DNA from: Mobula hypostoma
Lineage: Eukaryota
DNA length: 64,000 nt
Reading direction: 5' to 3'
Assembly (NCBI RefSeq): GCF_963921235.1
Contig: NC_086106.1
Location: 18,848,001 to 18,912,000 of the forward strand
The position numbers were made by a program, and so were the translations under genes. The notes under the pieces were generated by a model, which made no database searches, was not told where the DNA came from, and was given only the letters and a program-made list of their open reading frames with translations. Of this stretch, positions 50,020-61,987 are shown in pieces (positions within the stretch are counted from its first letter, which is position 1; each line of letters opens with the position of its first letter).

Positions 50020-50516
50020 TCAGCGGTCCCTGGGAAATGCAATCCCCTCATAAATCCTGACAGATTCAGGATCACTCCCCTTATTGCTGAATGCTGGTGT
50101 TATTCCACAAGAAGCATATAATTCTGTCAATGCTTGGGTAATTCTAAAAAAGCATTCTCCTTTCTGACACTCCTTGGAATCACTGAGTTTCCCTCTTGGA
50201 CTGAATTCAGTGTCCAGCACATGGATCAATGTAACTTTAGCAGTTTGTCTGATCCAGGATCTATACACGAAGCATGTCAGATTGGACAGGAGACTCATTA
50301 GACCCCTGTGTCTCATCTCACCAATTTGTCTCATGCCCAACATTACCAAAGGGTCATCCATCATTTGACTGAGTGAATTTGGAATTTCAGCCCCGTTCAC
50401 CTTCATCACCTCGTGCCTCACAGCCACTGGGTGAAAAACAGGTTCCAGTTCTTGCTGACTGATGTCAGACAGGAGGGAATCTGGCCAAGGAAACTGGAAT
50501 TGGGATCTGAGTCTCA
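50020..50516 (-). CDS. Candidate orphan terminal exon, 165 aa, non-Ig
   Basis: tgtacattgttgcttcAG|TG AGA; phase 1 matches CH donors; open to the stop at 50020; ATTAAA at 49940-49945; the paralog keeps the frame. Confidence 0.45.
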
Positions 50517-51642
50517 CTGAAGCAACAATGTACACAAATGAATGAGTGTATGGACAACCAGAAACACAAGAGATTCTACAGATGCTGGAAATCTTGAACA
50601 ACACACACAACGAGCTGGCGGAACTCGGCAGGTCAGGCAGCATCTATGGAGGAAAATAACAGTTGATCTTTCAGGCCAAGTGGCTTCACTGGTACTGGAA
50701 AGGAAGTGGGCAGAAGCCAGAATAAGAAGGTGGGAGGAGCAGAGAGGAATACATTCTGTCAGATGAGAGGTGAGACCAGGTGAGGTGGAAAGTTTGTGGA
50801 TAGGAGAGGATGTATGAAGTAAGAAGCTGGTAGGGGATAAGTGGAAGAGATAAATGGCTGAAGCAGAAGGAATCTATCAGGGCAGTAGACCATGGAGGAA
50901 AGTGCAGGAGAAGGGGAACAAACTGGAGATGATGGACAGATGAGGAGAAGTGAAGGGATGAGGGGATTACAAAAGAAAGAATAGAGGAGTGGGGATTGGG
51001 GGATATTACTGTCAGTTGTAGAAATCAGTACTCATGACATCAGATTGGCAGATACCTGGACAGAGTTTCTTCCTTCTGCCACCTGCGATCGGGTACTTTC
51101 AGGAGTCAATTGGAACTTTGAGACTTTTTTTTCACCATTCCCATGGTCTGCTCTTTATCAAATTATGGTATTGCTTTGCCCTGCTGTAACTATATGATAT
51201 AATTATGTGGTCTTGTCAGTGCTAGTCTTTGGTTTGTCCTTTTTTTTTGTGATATCACCCTGGAGGAACATTGTATCATTTCTTAATGGATGCATGCATT
51301 TCTAAATGACAATAAACAAGGAATGAGTGTCCTCATAATTTAATCTAATCTAAGAATATGAGGTGTTGCTGCTCCAATCTGACTTTGGCCTCACCAATGG
51401 CAGTAGAGGAGGCCATGGACAAACATGTCAGAATGGGAATGGGAAGTCAAATTGAAATAGTTGGTGACAAGGATAACAGGAAGTCAAATTGAAATGTAGA
51501 GGGGAGAGGAAGTCATTTTGAATCACATGTTTCTCTCTCTCTCTCTGTTAAACCCATCCCAATGGATACCAGAGACAGGTGTGGAAACCAGCAAATGAAT
51601 TGTAACAAAATAGATAAAAAATGAGAATAAAGGAGTTAGGAG

Positions 51643-52496
51643 TGTTACGAGAATACACATAAAATTAAGATGTTTGCTGGCCTGGGCTAGCATCAGTGGC
51701 ATCAGCAGTTGGTCTGCCACCTGCCCTCAGGGGAAGGAGAGATAAGGAACAATGGAGCAGCGTCTGGAGATGTGTAATGAAGGGATGTGGGAGGAAGAGC
51801 TGTCTGGAGCGGCTCCCCCCTTTGAACCCTGAACTGTTTGAAGTGATGGACAGGCGATACCCCAGCAGGGGGATAAAAAGGGACAGGTTCGCTAAGACAG
51901 ACACACATGCCACCCGAGGTAACGAGACCCTGGAAGCGGTGCGCCTCTCACGAGTGGTGAGAAGTACCGGACAACGCACAGGGTGGAAAGGTACGATCAG
52001 CGGGAACCCGGTGTGTGTCCGCCCTTGCCTGGGTGCCGGGTTCACTGCAGAGGATCGACCGCATCTGGAGGAGGGGTCACAGTCGGTGACCTCAGGTGAC
52101 ATCACCAAGGACCCGCCCAAAAGTTGCTCGTGAGCAATCTCGCTGGTCTGTGAGTGAAGCTGTGCTGAATGATGAGTTGTTCTCTCTGTCTCTCTTCCCC
52201 CACCTTGTCCATCGCCATGGCAACGATTACTGCGAACTGAACTACAAACTGGACTGAACTTTGAGTCATTTTGAAATTGGTCATTTACCCCTAGACAACG
52301 ATAGAGCTTGATTGATGCTGTTATCTTAATTCTGTGCACATGTGTGGTTATCATTGTTGAATTGTTGCATTTATTATCCTTTCGATTACTGTGTTGCTTG
52401 TTTCTTTAATAAAACTTTCTTAGTTCTAGTACTCCAGACTCCAACTGAGTGATCCATTTCTGCTGGTTTGGCAACCCAGTTACGGGGTACGTAACA
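51643..52496 (+). mobile_element. Solo LTR
   Basis: TGTTACG...CGTAACA inverted ends; exact 4-bp TSD GGAG; AATAAA at 52408-52413. Confidence 0.88.
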
Positions 52497-52854
52497 GGAG
52501 AGATTACTCAAAGTTGTAGTAAAAAAGATTCCTGCCTTTAGGTTGGTAGATATCGGAATGGTTCATGTTCAGTGGATTCGTTGTAGGAAATTGTTAATGT
52601 CTGCACAAATTGTTCTTTATTTTCTGCACTTGGATTCTTAACTCTGAATTCCACTGAGTTTCCTTTGTGGCTGGCTGGAACAGGAGAATCTCAAGGTTGT
52701 ATATGGTGCAGATACTTTGATATTAAATCTACTTTGTACTTTGAAATTTATCAGTTTACTCACATAACTAAACTAAGGCTGCACTATGATTTCATATTGA
52801 ATTCATCGCACGATGTAAATAATATCAATAATGGACTGAGTCGCAGGACCCTAC

Positions 52855-53172
52855 CTTGGATGTTCTTCACTTGCTTCTTGATACTGCTGTTGGAGGGGGG
52901 ATGAATCACTGTACAGCTGAAGACTGATTCTGACTTCCACTCCTGTAAACTCATGGTCAGGAAGTGTCTGGACCTGAAAGTCCACCCCTGCTCCAGAGTG
53001 GTTGGTGTAGCGCTGGTGTTGGAGGTGACCACAGTGCTGTCTTTCTCCCAGGTGACATTTATTTGGTCCGGGTAGAATCCAGAGACCACACACTCCAGTG
53101 TGGCCATTTTCCTATTGTTGGTCTCTTCCTGTGATGGAGGCAGCAGTCTGACCTTGGGACTTTTTATCTCGA
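52855..53172 (-). CDS. IgW: CH4-like exon, copy 3
   Basis: 318 nt, intact, phase 1-1. Confidence 0.9.
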
Positions 53173-53260
53173 CTGGAATAGAAAAGAAAAGAAAGGAAAT
53201 GTCAAACATTTTGACTCAGCTAACTAATGCTGGCCATTTAATCGCTGGTCTCCTACCCAC

Positions 53261-53560
53261 CTTTGGTACTATTGGTCCGTGCTGACACTTGGGAAGATGG
53301 AGATTCCTGAGCAGAGCACTCGTATTCCACCCCACTGAACCACTCCTCCACACTGATCTGGAGTTCGCTGAGCACTCTGTATCGGGACCCGTCCCTCTCC
53401 GCTTGATGGATGAGAATTCCTTTAGTTTTCTCCTTCCCGCCCACGTGCCAAGAGATGTGGATATCTTTGGGATCTGTACAGATTACCGTGCACTTCACGG
53501 TAGCAGTCTTGTCGATCCACATCTCTTCAATGTCGGGATTTTGAATAAAGACAGACAATT
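53261..53560 (-). CDS. IgW: CH3-like exon, copy 3
   Basis: 300 nt (one in-frame codon shorter), AG...G|GTGGGT. Confidence 0.9.
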
Positions 53561-53689
53561 CTGTGGATTAGAAATGGAAATGCTCAGAATCTTACTGGAG
53601 ATATTTCCATTGGTTGTGTTAGGTCCAGGCAGATCATCAGTACTTGACAGCTGCATTTAATGCAAACAGAATAACAGGGCTGATTTGTG

Positions 53690-53910
53690 TGTCAGACTGC
53701 TCATGATCATGTCTTCACCTCTGTTGTTTTCTCGACCCAGAGTCATCATTCCATCTTCCCTTTTCCTTCCATCCACCTGCCAGGTTACACTGAATCCCTC
53801 TAAATCACTGTGACCACCTCACACAGAATAGTCGCTGAGCTCTTTTCTCTTGATCTCTTTGAAGGAAGGTTTGCTTAAAGTGACTGAGGGGCGGGTATCT
53901 GAACAGTAAT
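53690..53910 (-). pseudogene. Truncated CH5-like remnant (5' part, acceptor retained)
   Basis: tttctcccAG|AT TAC TGT TCA GAT ACC CGC CCC TCA GTC ACT TTA AGC AAA CCT...; stops after ~29 codons; no 3' half or donor. Confidence 0.8.
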
Positions 53911-55112
53911 CTGGGAGAAATGCTACAATTATTATTTCACTATTCCCCAATGGATGAGTTTGTCACTGACAAGACCAGCATTTCTGTTCATCTCTGGTCA
54001 ATGATTTGCCTGTCCCATCAAGATAGATGACAGCAAACTACATGGGTGAAGAAAGGAATCTCCCCTACTGATCAGACAGGGTAATCTCCCTGAGAGAAAG
54101 TAAATGAACAAGATTTGTCCTTACATTGTTTTTGCAGTTCCGTGGTCACTTAAACTGTTACCAGTCATTTATTAAAACAACTACAGAAAATACCCAGCAT
54201 TTCAGAGTGTGTCTGTGGAATGGGAAATGGAGAAAACATTTCACAGAAAAATATTTCAGTAAATGTGGATTAAATTTTAAAATTAACACCACATATATTT
54301 CTTTTATTGACACAAATATTTAAATACACCCTTTTCTGTGTAAAGTGTAAAGAAACTGCAGCTTTGTCAGAATGTAGTGTGTTCAGGCCACCCTCCAGAG
54401 GCTTCTACACATTGTCCAGGCTGACTATTCCCACACAGGAGCAGAGGGAGAGCTACTCTGCTGGAAATTCAGTCACAACTGAAGCACTCATCGGAGGCTC
54501 GGATCATATTGGTTGAGAACAGAGAGCAAATCAAAGATCGGCTGATTTTATCACCGAGCCAGATTAAAAAGATTAAGATGTTGTCACCAAAGGCGAGGGA
54601 AGATCCAGTATTCAGCTCACTTCTCGATGAGGCTTCACTCGCCTCAGCACTGAACTGACTCTGCAGCTGCGGCCTGCAGCCATCGGCACTCACCTCAGCA
54701 CTGAGCCTGGCTCCACGGCCGTGGCCTGCAGCCATCGGTCTCCTGCACCGGTTGCAGTGCTGAACTGGCAACGTGGCTGTGGATTTACTTCAGGGGGCTC
54801 TGCGGTTCAGTTTCCATCTATTTTGTTTGTTTGAATTTTTTTATTGTTTGCGCAATTTGTTCTTTCTTTTTCACACACTGGATGTTTGACTCTGAATTCT
54901 ATTGTATTTCTTTGTTTTGTGGCCACCTGCAAGAAGAGAATCTCAAGGTTGTATATGGTGCTCATACTTTGATAATAAATGTACTTTGTACTTTGAACTT
55001 TATCAGTTCACTCACATAACTAAACCAGGGCTGCACCATGATTCAGTGTTGACCTTGAATTCATAGCACAATATAAACAATTTCAATAATGGGATGAGTC
55101 CCAGGACCCTAC

Positions 55113-55430
55113 CTTGGACGTTCTTCACTTGCTTCTTGATACGGGTGTTGGACGGGGGATGAGTCACTGCACAGCTGAAGACTGATTCTGACTTCCACTC
55201 CTGTAAACTCACGGTCAGGAAGTGTCTGGCACTGAAAGTCCACCCCTGCTCCAGAGCGGTCGGTGTAGCGCTGGTGTTGGAGGTGATCACAGTGCTGCCT
55301 TTCTTCCAAATGACACTTATTTGGTCCGGATAGAATCCGGAGACCACACACTCCAGTGTGGCTGTTTTCCAATTCTTGGTCTCTTCCTGAGGTGGAGGCA
55401 GCAGTCTGACCTTGGGGCTTTTTATTTCGA
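55113..55430 (-). CDS. IgW: CH4-like exon, copy 2
   Basis: 318 nt, intact, phase 1-1. Confidence 0.9.
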
Positions 55431-55518
55431 CTGGAATAGACAAGTAAACAAAGGAAATATCAAACATTTTGACTCGGGTAACTAATACTGGCCATCTAAT
55501 TGCTGGTCTCTTGCCCAC

Positions 55519-55821
55519 CTTTGGTACTATTGGTCCGTGCTGACACTGGGGAAGATGAAGGAGATTCCTGAGCAGAGCACTCGTACTCCACCCCACTGAA
55601 CCACTCCTCCACACTGATCTGGAGTTCGTTGAGCACTCTGTATCGGGACCCGTCCCTCTCCGCTGGGTGGATGACATGTTCTTTAGTTTTCTCCTTCCCG
55701 CCCACATACCAAGAGATGTGGATATCTTCGGGATCTGTACAGACAACCGTGCACTTCATGGTAGAAGTCTTATTGATCCACATCTCTTCAATGTTGGGAT
55801 TTTGAATAAACACAGACAATT
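55519..55821 (-). CDS. IgW: CH3-like exon, copy 2
   Basis: 303 nt, intact, phase 1-1. Confidence 0.9.
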
Positions 55822-56029
55822 CTGTGGATTAGAAATGGAAATCTTCAGAATCGGACTGGAGATATTTCTACTGGTTGTGTTAGGTCAAGACGGAATTATC
55901 AGTACATGAGAGCTGCATTTAATACAAACAGAATAACAGTAACAACCAGGGCTGAATCACATGTCTCATGTTCCCGTAAGTTTTAGTTGAGAAAAAGAAC
56001 TCAGGACGAAGTATGTGCTGGACTGAATC

Positions 56030-56210
56030 ACGTGTCAGTCTGTTGATGATCATGCCTTCACCTCTGTCACTGTCTGGACTGAGTTCTCACCCCATCTTCC
56101 CTCTTCCTTCCTGCCAGGTGACACTGAATCCCTGTAAATCACTGTGAACCGCCTCTGCGTCCAGAGCTCTTGGAAGGAAGGTTTGCTTAAAGTGACTGAG
56201 GGGCGGGTAT
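56030..56210 (-). pseudogene. Truncated CH5-like remnant
   Basis: DTRPSVTLSKPSFQELWTQRR then internal deletions. Confidence 0.78.
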
Positions 56211-56322
56211 CTGGAAGAAATGTGACAATTATTATTTCACCATTCCCCAATGAACGAGTTTGTCACTGACAAGATCAGCATTTCCTGTTCAACTCTGGTC
56301 AATGGTTTGCCAGTCCCTTCAA

Positions 56323-56537
56323 GGTGGGCCGGCTGGCAGTGTAGTGGCATCAGCACTGAGCTTCAAGGCAGATGGTCGTGAGTTCAAACCCAGCCGGGTC
56401 CCAAACTGGGCAGCAGCAGCATCTGCATGGAAGAGAGGTCCGGCAATCTACTTTCGTACCTTGCCGTGAAAAACCTATGGACCTTAAGGGCCATGAGAAA
56501 AAAAGTGTCAGACTCAACTAAATGAACAACAACAAAC
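56323..56537 (+). mobile_element. tRNA-derived SINE with an RTE-like 3' end and (AAC)n tail
   Basis: A-box-like TGGCAGTGTAGTGG, B-box GTTCAAACC, tail ATGAACAACAACAA. Confidence 0.65.
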
Positions 56538-56559
56538 CTCCGTTCTAAGAGTTCGCCCC

Positions 56560-59450
56560 TCATTTTTGGGCAGAACTGAATGCACTGGTGAGGTCTGCGT
56601 ACCAGCATTTCAACAACCGGCTGCTGGAGGACGGCCGGTTCTGGAATTCGTTCCGGCTGTTCTGAGAGTCCTCACGCGAGGAGCGGGGCAGTTTCTCCTC
56701 CCTGCGGCTCTGGTGGGACGTGGGCAAGGTTCACGTCAGTCTTTTCTGCCAGGAATATGCGTGCGGCTCAATGTCCGGGATCGATCGGCTTGAGAGGGAG
56801 CTAGTCAGGGCTGGAGCCAACCGATTGGGACCAGTCCCTCTTAGGTGAGTACCAGTGAATGAAGGAGGCGCTGAGGCAGCTGGAGAGGTCCCGAGGCGCT
56901 TACGTGAGGTTGCGGGTCCAGATGCTGCAGGATCTGGACCACACCTCGCCCTTCTGCTACTCTTTCGAGAGTGGGAGGGGTGTCCGCAGGCAGTTAGTGG
57001 AATTGTTGGCAGAGGATGGCTCTTCTCTTCTCTTCTCGCCAGACCCGTGCAGTGAGGATGCGGGAGGACTAGCCAAAGGTCACCCCTGGGGTTGCTGAGG
57101 GGCTCAATGCACCACTATCTTTAGTGGAGCTGACCAGTGCCCTCAGACAGCTGAAGAGAGGCAAGTCCCCAGGACTAGATCGGTTACCAGTAAAGATTCT
57201 CTGGGCCTTCTGGGGCATCCTAGGGGCTGATTATGCAAGGGTATTGGGAGAGTGCATGGCGACAGGCAACAGATCAGATGCTCCTTTCTTGGCGCAGAGC
57301 AGTCGTGGCCCTGATGCCTAAGAAGGGGGATCTCCATAGCCTGTGCCCAGTAGCGCTCCTCAGTGCGAATTACAAGTCTTTGCCCGGGTAATGGCTGATC
57401 GTCTGGGCACTGTACTGGCGGAAGTGGTCCACCCTTACCAGTCCTACATGGTCCCGGTACGGTCGATCCAGGACAACATCTACCTTGTCCGGGATCTGAT
57501 CTACCCGTGCCAGGAGGCTGGCCTATCGGGCGCCTTTCTCTCTCTCGACCAAGAGAAGGCGTTCGATAGGGTGAATCATGGGTACCTTTTCGGGACTCTG
57601 TGTGCATTTGGGCTCGGCTAACGTCCAACTGCTGTAAGCTGCCGCGGAGTGCCAGGTGAAAGTGAAAGGGTCCCTGACAGCGTACTGGTGCTTTGGGGGG
57701 AGGGGGTGCACCAGGGATGCCCCATGTCGGGACAGCTGTGTTCATTTTGCATGGAATCATTCCTGTGCCTTCTCCGCAGGAGGTTAACGGGGTTGGTTCT
57801 GCACGAACCGGACATGGAGTTCGTCCTGTCGGCCAACGCCGACAACATCCTCCCTATGGTCACCAACCCATTTGACATGCAGAGGATGGGAGACTGCTAG
57901 CAGGTTTTCTTGGCCGCGTCTTCTGCAAGGATCAACTGGAAGAAGAGCGTGGGCCTCTTGGTGGTGAGATGGTAGGTGGACGTCCTACTGGAGGGGTTGA
58001 GGCTATTTGCGTGGAGCACCACACACCTCCCCTGCTTGTGAGTCCACCTGAGCGCGACGGAGGAAGCCTCACCTGCGAACTGGCGGGAGTTAGAGGTGAC
58101 GATCTCTGCCCGGCTGGGGCGCTGGTCGGACCTCCTTGCTGCGGTCTCGTACCAAGAGAGGGCTTTACTGGTCAATCAGCTGGACACCTGCAGGCTGTGG
58201 TACCGGCTATCTGCATTGGTCCCACCCATAGCATTTGTGTCCAGGATCCGGAGGGGGCTGGTGGACTTATTCTGGGGAAATAGGAGACATTGGGACTCTG
58301 CAGTGGTCCTGAGTCTTCCGATCGCGGAGGGCGGTTAGTCCTCGGTGTGTGTTTGCACCCAGCTGTTGCTCTCCGTCTCTGGGCCCTGCAGAGATCCCTG
58401 TACTGTGACCACCCTCTGACATGGCATGCACTGGTAACGCATTTTCTCCGCGGGGGACGCTGCCGACAGGAGGATACGCGGATCCCGGCGGACGGCGTTG
58501 GCCATGCCACTCTGAGGGAACTACCCTGCTTCTTTTGGGAACTGTTGAGGGTGTGGGGTCTGCCTCATCCAGGCAGGGTGCTCCTGCGCCGTTGGGGAAC
58601 GGCACTCTAGCTGCTAGGGGGCTGGTTGTGAACCTAGTGCAGTGGGTGTTGTGAGGGCACGGGGTAATGGAGAGGTTCCAGCTGCACTGACACCCGATGC
58701 CCAGGCCTCGGTAGACCACGCGGGAGAGGGTCCCGCATAACGTGAGCCGCCTCGCGGGGATGCCCAGCGTGCCCTTCCGCGACGGTCCGAAGCGCTTCTT
58801 GTCCGGGCTGCTCCTGCACTCCTTCCATGTCTTCGCCTTCGTCTGCAGCCCAGACACGCCTTGGCGTGCCACCATACAGCAGCGGAGGAGGTCCCCAATA
58901 TAAATCTCTTTACGGAGGGGTGCTTCCCCTGTACATTGGGGAGCTGGGGTGGAAGGTGTTGCATCGGGCAGTCCTGTATAACAGATTCCTGAGCAGGTTC
59001 ACTGACACCCCATCCAGCTGTCCATTCTGCGGGCGGGAGGAGTCGGCGAACCACGCATACACGGAATGCGAGAGGGTGCAGCCTCTTTTTGTGTTTCTAA
59101 AGGGGTTGCTGCTGAGGTTCTGGCTGCACTTTACTCCCCCACTCCTCAGATACCGGCACCCAGTTAGGAAAGGGGCGGGCGAGAGGAGGATCTCCCGGTG
59201 GGCTTGGTCCTGGGCCTGGCCAAGATGGCCATTCACGAGTCTAAGTAGCGGAAGGTGGGGGGCGCTGCCCGGGGCGTCTGCCTACTCCTTTTCCGAGGAT
59301 ACGCCCGTGCCTGACTGTCCTTGGAGAGGGAGCACGCGATCGCGGCAGACACACGGGGGGATTTCCATGAGCGGTGGGCCCCCTGCGGTATAGACTGTTT
59401 TATACATGGTGGTAACCATATTGTAATGTGAGTATAAATACTGTCCTGGA
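56560..59450 (+). mobile_element. Tx1-group (L1 clade) non-LTR retrotransposon, 5'-truncated ORF2
   Basis: GKSPGLD.LP, FARVMADRL..V.HP.QSY.VP.RSIQDNI, LSLDQEKAFDRVNH, GVHQGCPMSG, WKVLHRAV...CPFCGREESANHAYTEC (zf-RVT). Confidence 0.92.
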
Positions 59451-60543
59451 AAGATTGATTGTCTTGTTTCTATGTGTGTAAAAAAGGAATCTCCCCTCCC
59501 CTACTGAGCAGACAGGGTAAACACCCTGAGGGAACGTAAATGAACAAGATTGGCCCTTACATTGTTTTTGCAGTTTCGTGGTCACTTAAACTGTTACCAG
59601 TAACTTATTAAAACAAATACAGAAATACCCAGCATTTCAGAGCGTGTCTGTGGAACGGGAAATGGAGAAAAAATTTCACAGGAAAATATTTCAGTAAATG
59701 TGGATTAAATTTTAAAATTAACACCACATATATTTATTTTATTGACACAAATATTTAAATACACCCTTTTCTGTGTAAAGTGTAAAGAAACTGCAGCTTT
59801 GTCAGAATGTTGTGTGTTCAAACTGCACTACAGAGGCTTCTACACATTGTCCAGGCTGACTATTCCCACACAGGAGCAGAGGGAGAGCTGCTCTGCTGGA
59901 AATTCAGTCACAACTGAAGCACTCATCGGAGGCTCGGATCATATTGGTTGAGAACAGAGAACAAATCAAAGATCAGCTGATTTTTATCACCGAGCCAGAT
60001 TAAAAAGATTAAGATTTTGTCACCAAAGGCGAAGGATGATCCTGTTTTCAGCTCACTTCTCGATGAGGCTTCACTCGCCTCAGCACTGAACTGACTCTGC
60101 AGCTGCGGCCTGCAGCCATCGGCACTCACCTCAGCACTGAGCCTGGCTCCACGGCCGTGGCCTGCAGCCATCGGTCTCCTGCACCGGTTGCAGTGCTGAA
60201 CTGGCAACGTGGCTGTGGATTTACTTCAGGGGGCTCTGCGGTTCAGTTTCCATCTATTTTGTTTGTTTGAATTTTGTTATTGTTTGCACAATTTGTTTTT
60301 TTCACACATTGGATGTTTGACTCTGAATTCTATTGTGTTTCTTTGTTTTGTGGCTGCCTGGAAGAAGAGAATCTCAAGGTTGTATATGGTACACATTCTT
60401 TGGTAATAAATGTACTTTGTACTTTGAACTTTATCAGTTCACTCACATAACTAAACCAGGGCTGCACCGTGATTCAGTGTTGACCTTGAATTCATAGCAC
60501 AATGTAAACAATTTCAATAATGGGCTGAGTCCCAGGACCCTAC

Positions 60544-60861
60544 CTTGGACGTTCTTCACTTGCTTCTTGATACTGCTGTTGGAGGGGGGATGAATCACTG
60601 TACAGCTGAAGACTGATTCTGACTTCCACTCCTGTAAACTCAAGGTCAGGAAGTGTCTGGCACTGAAAGTCCACCCCTGCTCCAGAGCGGTCGGTGTAGC
60701 CCTGGTGTTGGAGGTGATCACGGTGCTGCCTTTCTCCCAGATGACATTTATTTGGTCCGGGTAGAATTCGGAGACCACACACTCCAGTGTGACCATTTTC
60801 CTATTCTTGATCTCTTCCTGAGGTGGAGGCAGCAGACTGACCTTGGGATTTTTTATTTCAA
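60544..60861 (-). CDS. IgW: CH4-like exon, copy 1
   Basis: 318 nt, ctattccAG|TT GAA...CAA G|GTAGGG. Confidence 0.9.
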
Positions 60862-60949
60862 CTGGAATAGACAAGAAAACAAAGGAAATGTCAAACATTT
60901 TGACTCAGGTAACTAATGCTGACCCTTTAATTGCTGGTCTCTTGCCCAC

Positions 60950-61252
60950 CTTTGGTACTATTGGTGCGTGCTGACACTGGGGAAGATGAAGAAGATTCCT
61001 GAGCTGAGCACTCGTACTCCACCCCACTGAACCACTCCTCCACACTGATTTGGAGTTCACTGAGCACTCTGTATCGGGACCCGTCCATCTCCGCTTGACG
61101 TCTGACAGGTCCATTTGTTTTCTCCTTCCCGCCCACGTGCCAAGAGATGCGGATATCTTCAGGATCTGTACAGATAACCGTGCACTTCACGGTCGCAGTC
61201 TTGTCAATCCACATCTCTTCAATGTTGGGATTTTGAATAAAGACAAACAATT
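60950..61252 (-). CDS. IgW: CH3-like exon, copy 1
   Basis: 303 nt, intact, phase 1-1. Confidence 0.9.
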
Positions 61253-61369
61253 CTGTGGATTAGAAATGGAATATTTCTACGGGTTGTGTTAGGACAATAC
61301 AGATCATCAGTAAATGACAGGTGCATTTAATGCAAACAGAATAACAGAAACACCCAGGGCCGAATCGTC

Positions 61370-61577
61370 AGTCAGTATGTTGATGATCATGTCTTCACCT
61401 CTGTTGCTGTTTGGACCCAGAATCCTCACCCCATCTTCCCTCTTCCTCTGTCCACCTGTCAGGTTACACTGAATCCCTGTACTTCACTATGTACCACTTC
61501 ACGCAGAATGGTCGTTCAGATCTGTTCGATGGAAGGTTTGTTTAAAGTCTCTGAGGAGCGGGTATCTGAACAGTCAT
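61370..61577 (-). pseudogene. Truncated CH5-like remnant
   Basis: AG|AT GAC TGT TCA GAT ACC...; DCSDTRSSETLNKPSIEQI*. Confidence 0.78.
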
Positions 61578-61987
61578 CTGGGTGAAGTGTCATAATTATT
61601 ATTTCACTATTCCCCGATAGATGAGTTGTGACTGACAAGATCTCTCCTTGATGATTTGCCAGACGGATCAAGAAGAGGTGAGACGTATCTACATTGGTGA
61701 AGAAAGGAATCTCTCCTTGTGATCAGATAGGCTAAAACCCCTGAGAAAACGTAAATGAACAAGATTGGCCCTTAAATTCTTTTTGTAGCTTCATGGTCAC
61801 TTAAACTGTTACCATCCACTTATTAAAACAAGTACAGAAAATACTCAGCATTTCAGAGAGTGTCTGTGGAATGCAGAACAGATCAAAGTTGCAGATACAA
61901 ATCTTCCAGAAAATACAATCATATTTCAAAATGTGTTAGAAATATTCAGTCTCTGTCACAAATTTTTAACTGTACTTGTTTCCTCTG

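Noticed and set aside
51665-52354. 229-aa and 145-aa ORFs
   Set aside because: Lie wholly within a solo LTR; no protein motifs
55012-55746. 244-aa ORF spanning the CH3 region, intron and CH4
   Set aside because: Chance read-through of an alternative CH3 frame and the 88-nt intron into CH4; the splice sites explain it better
60443-60543. Read-through tails after CH4 donors (GRVLGLSPLLKLFTLCYEF...PGLVM*) shared by copies 1, 2 and 4
   Set aside because: Similarity is explained by recent duplication; truncated in copy 3 and no nearby poly(A) signal
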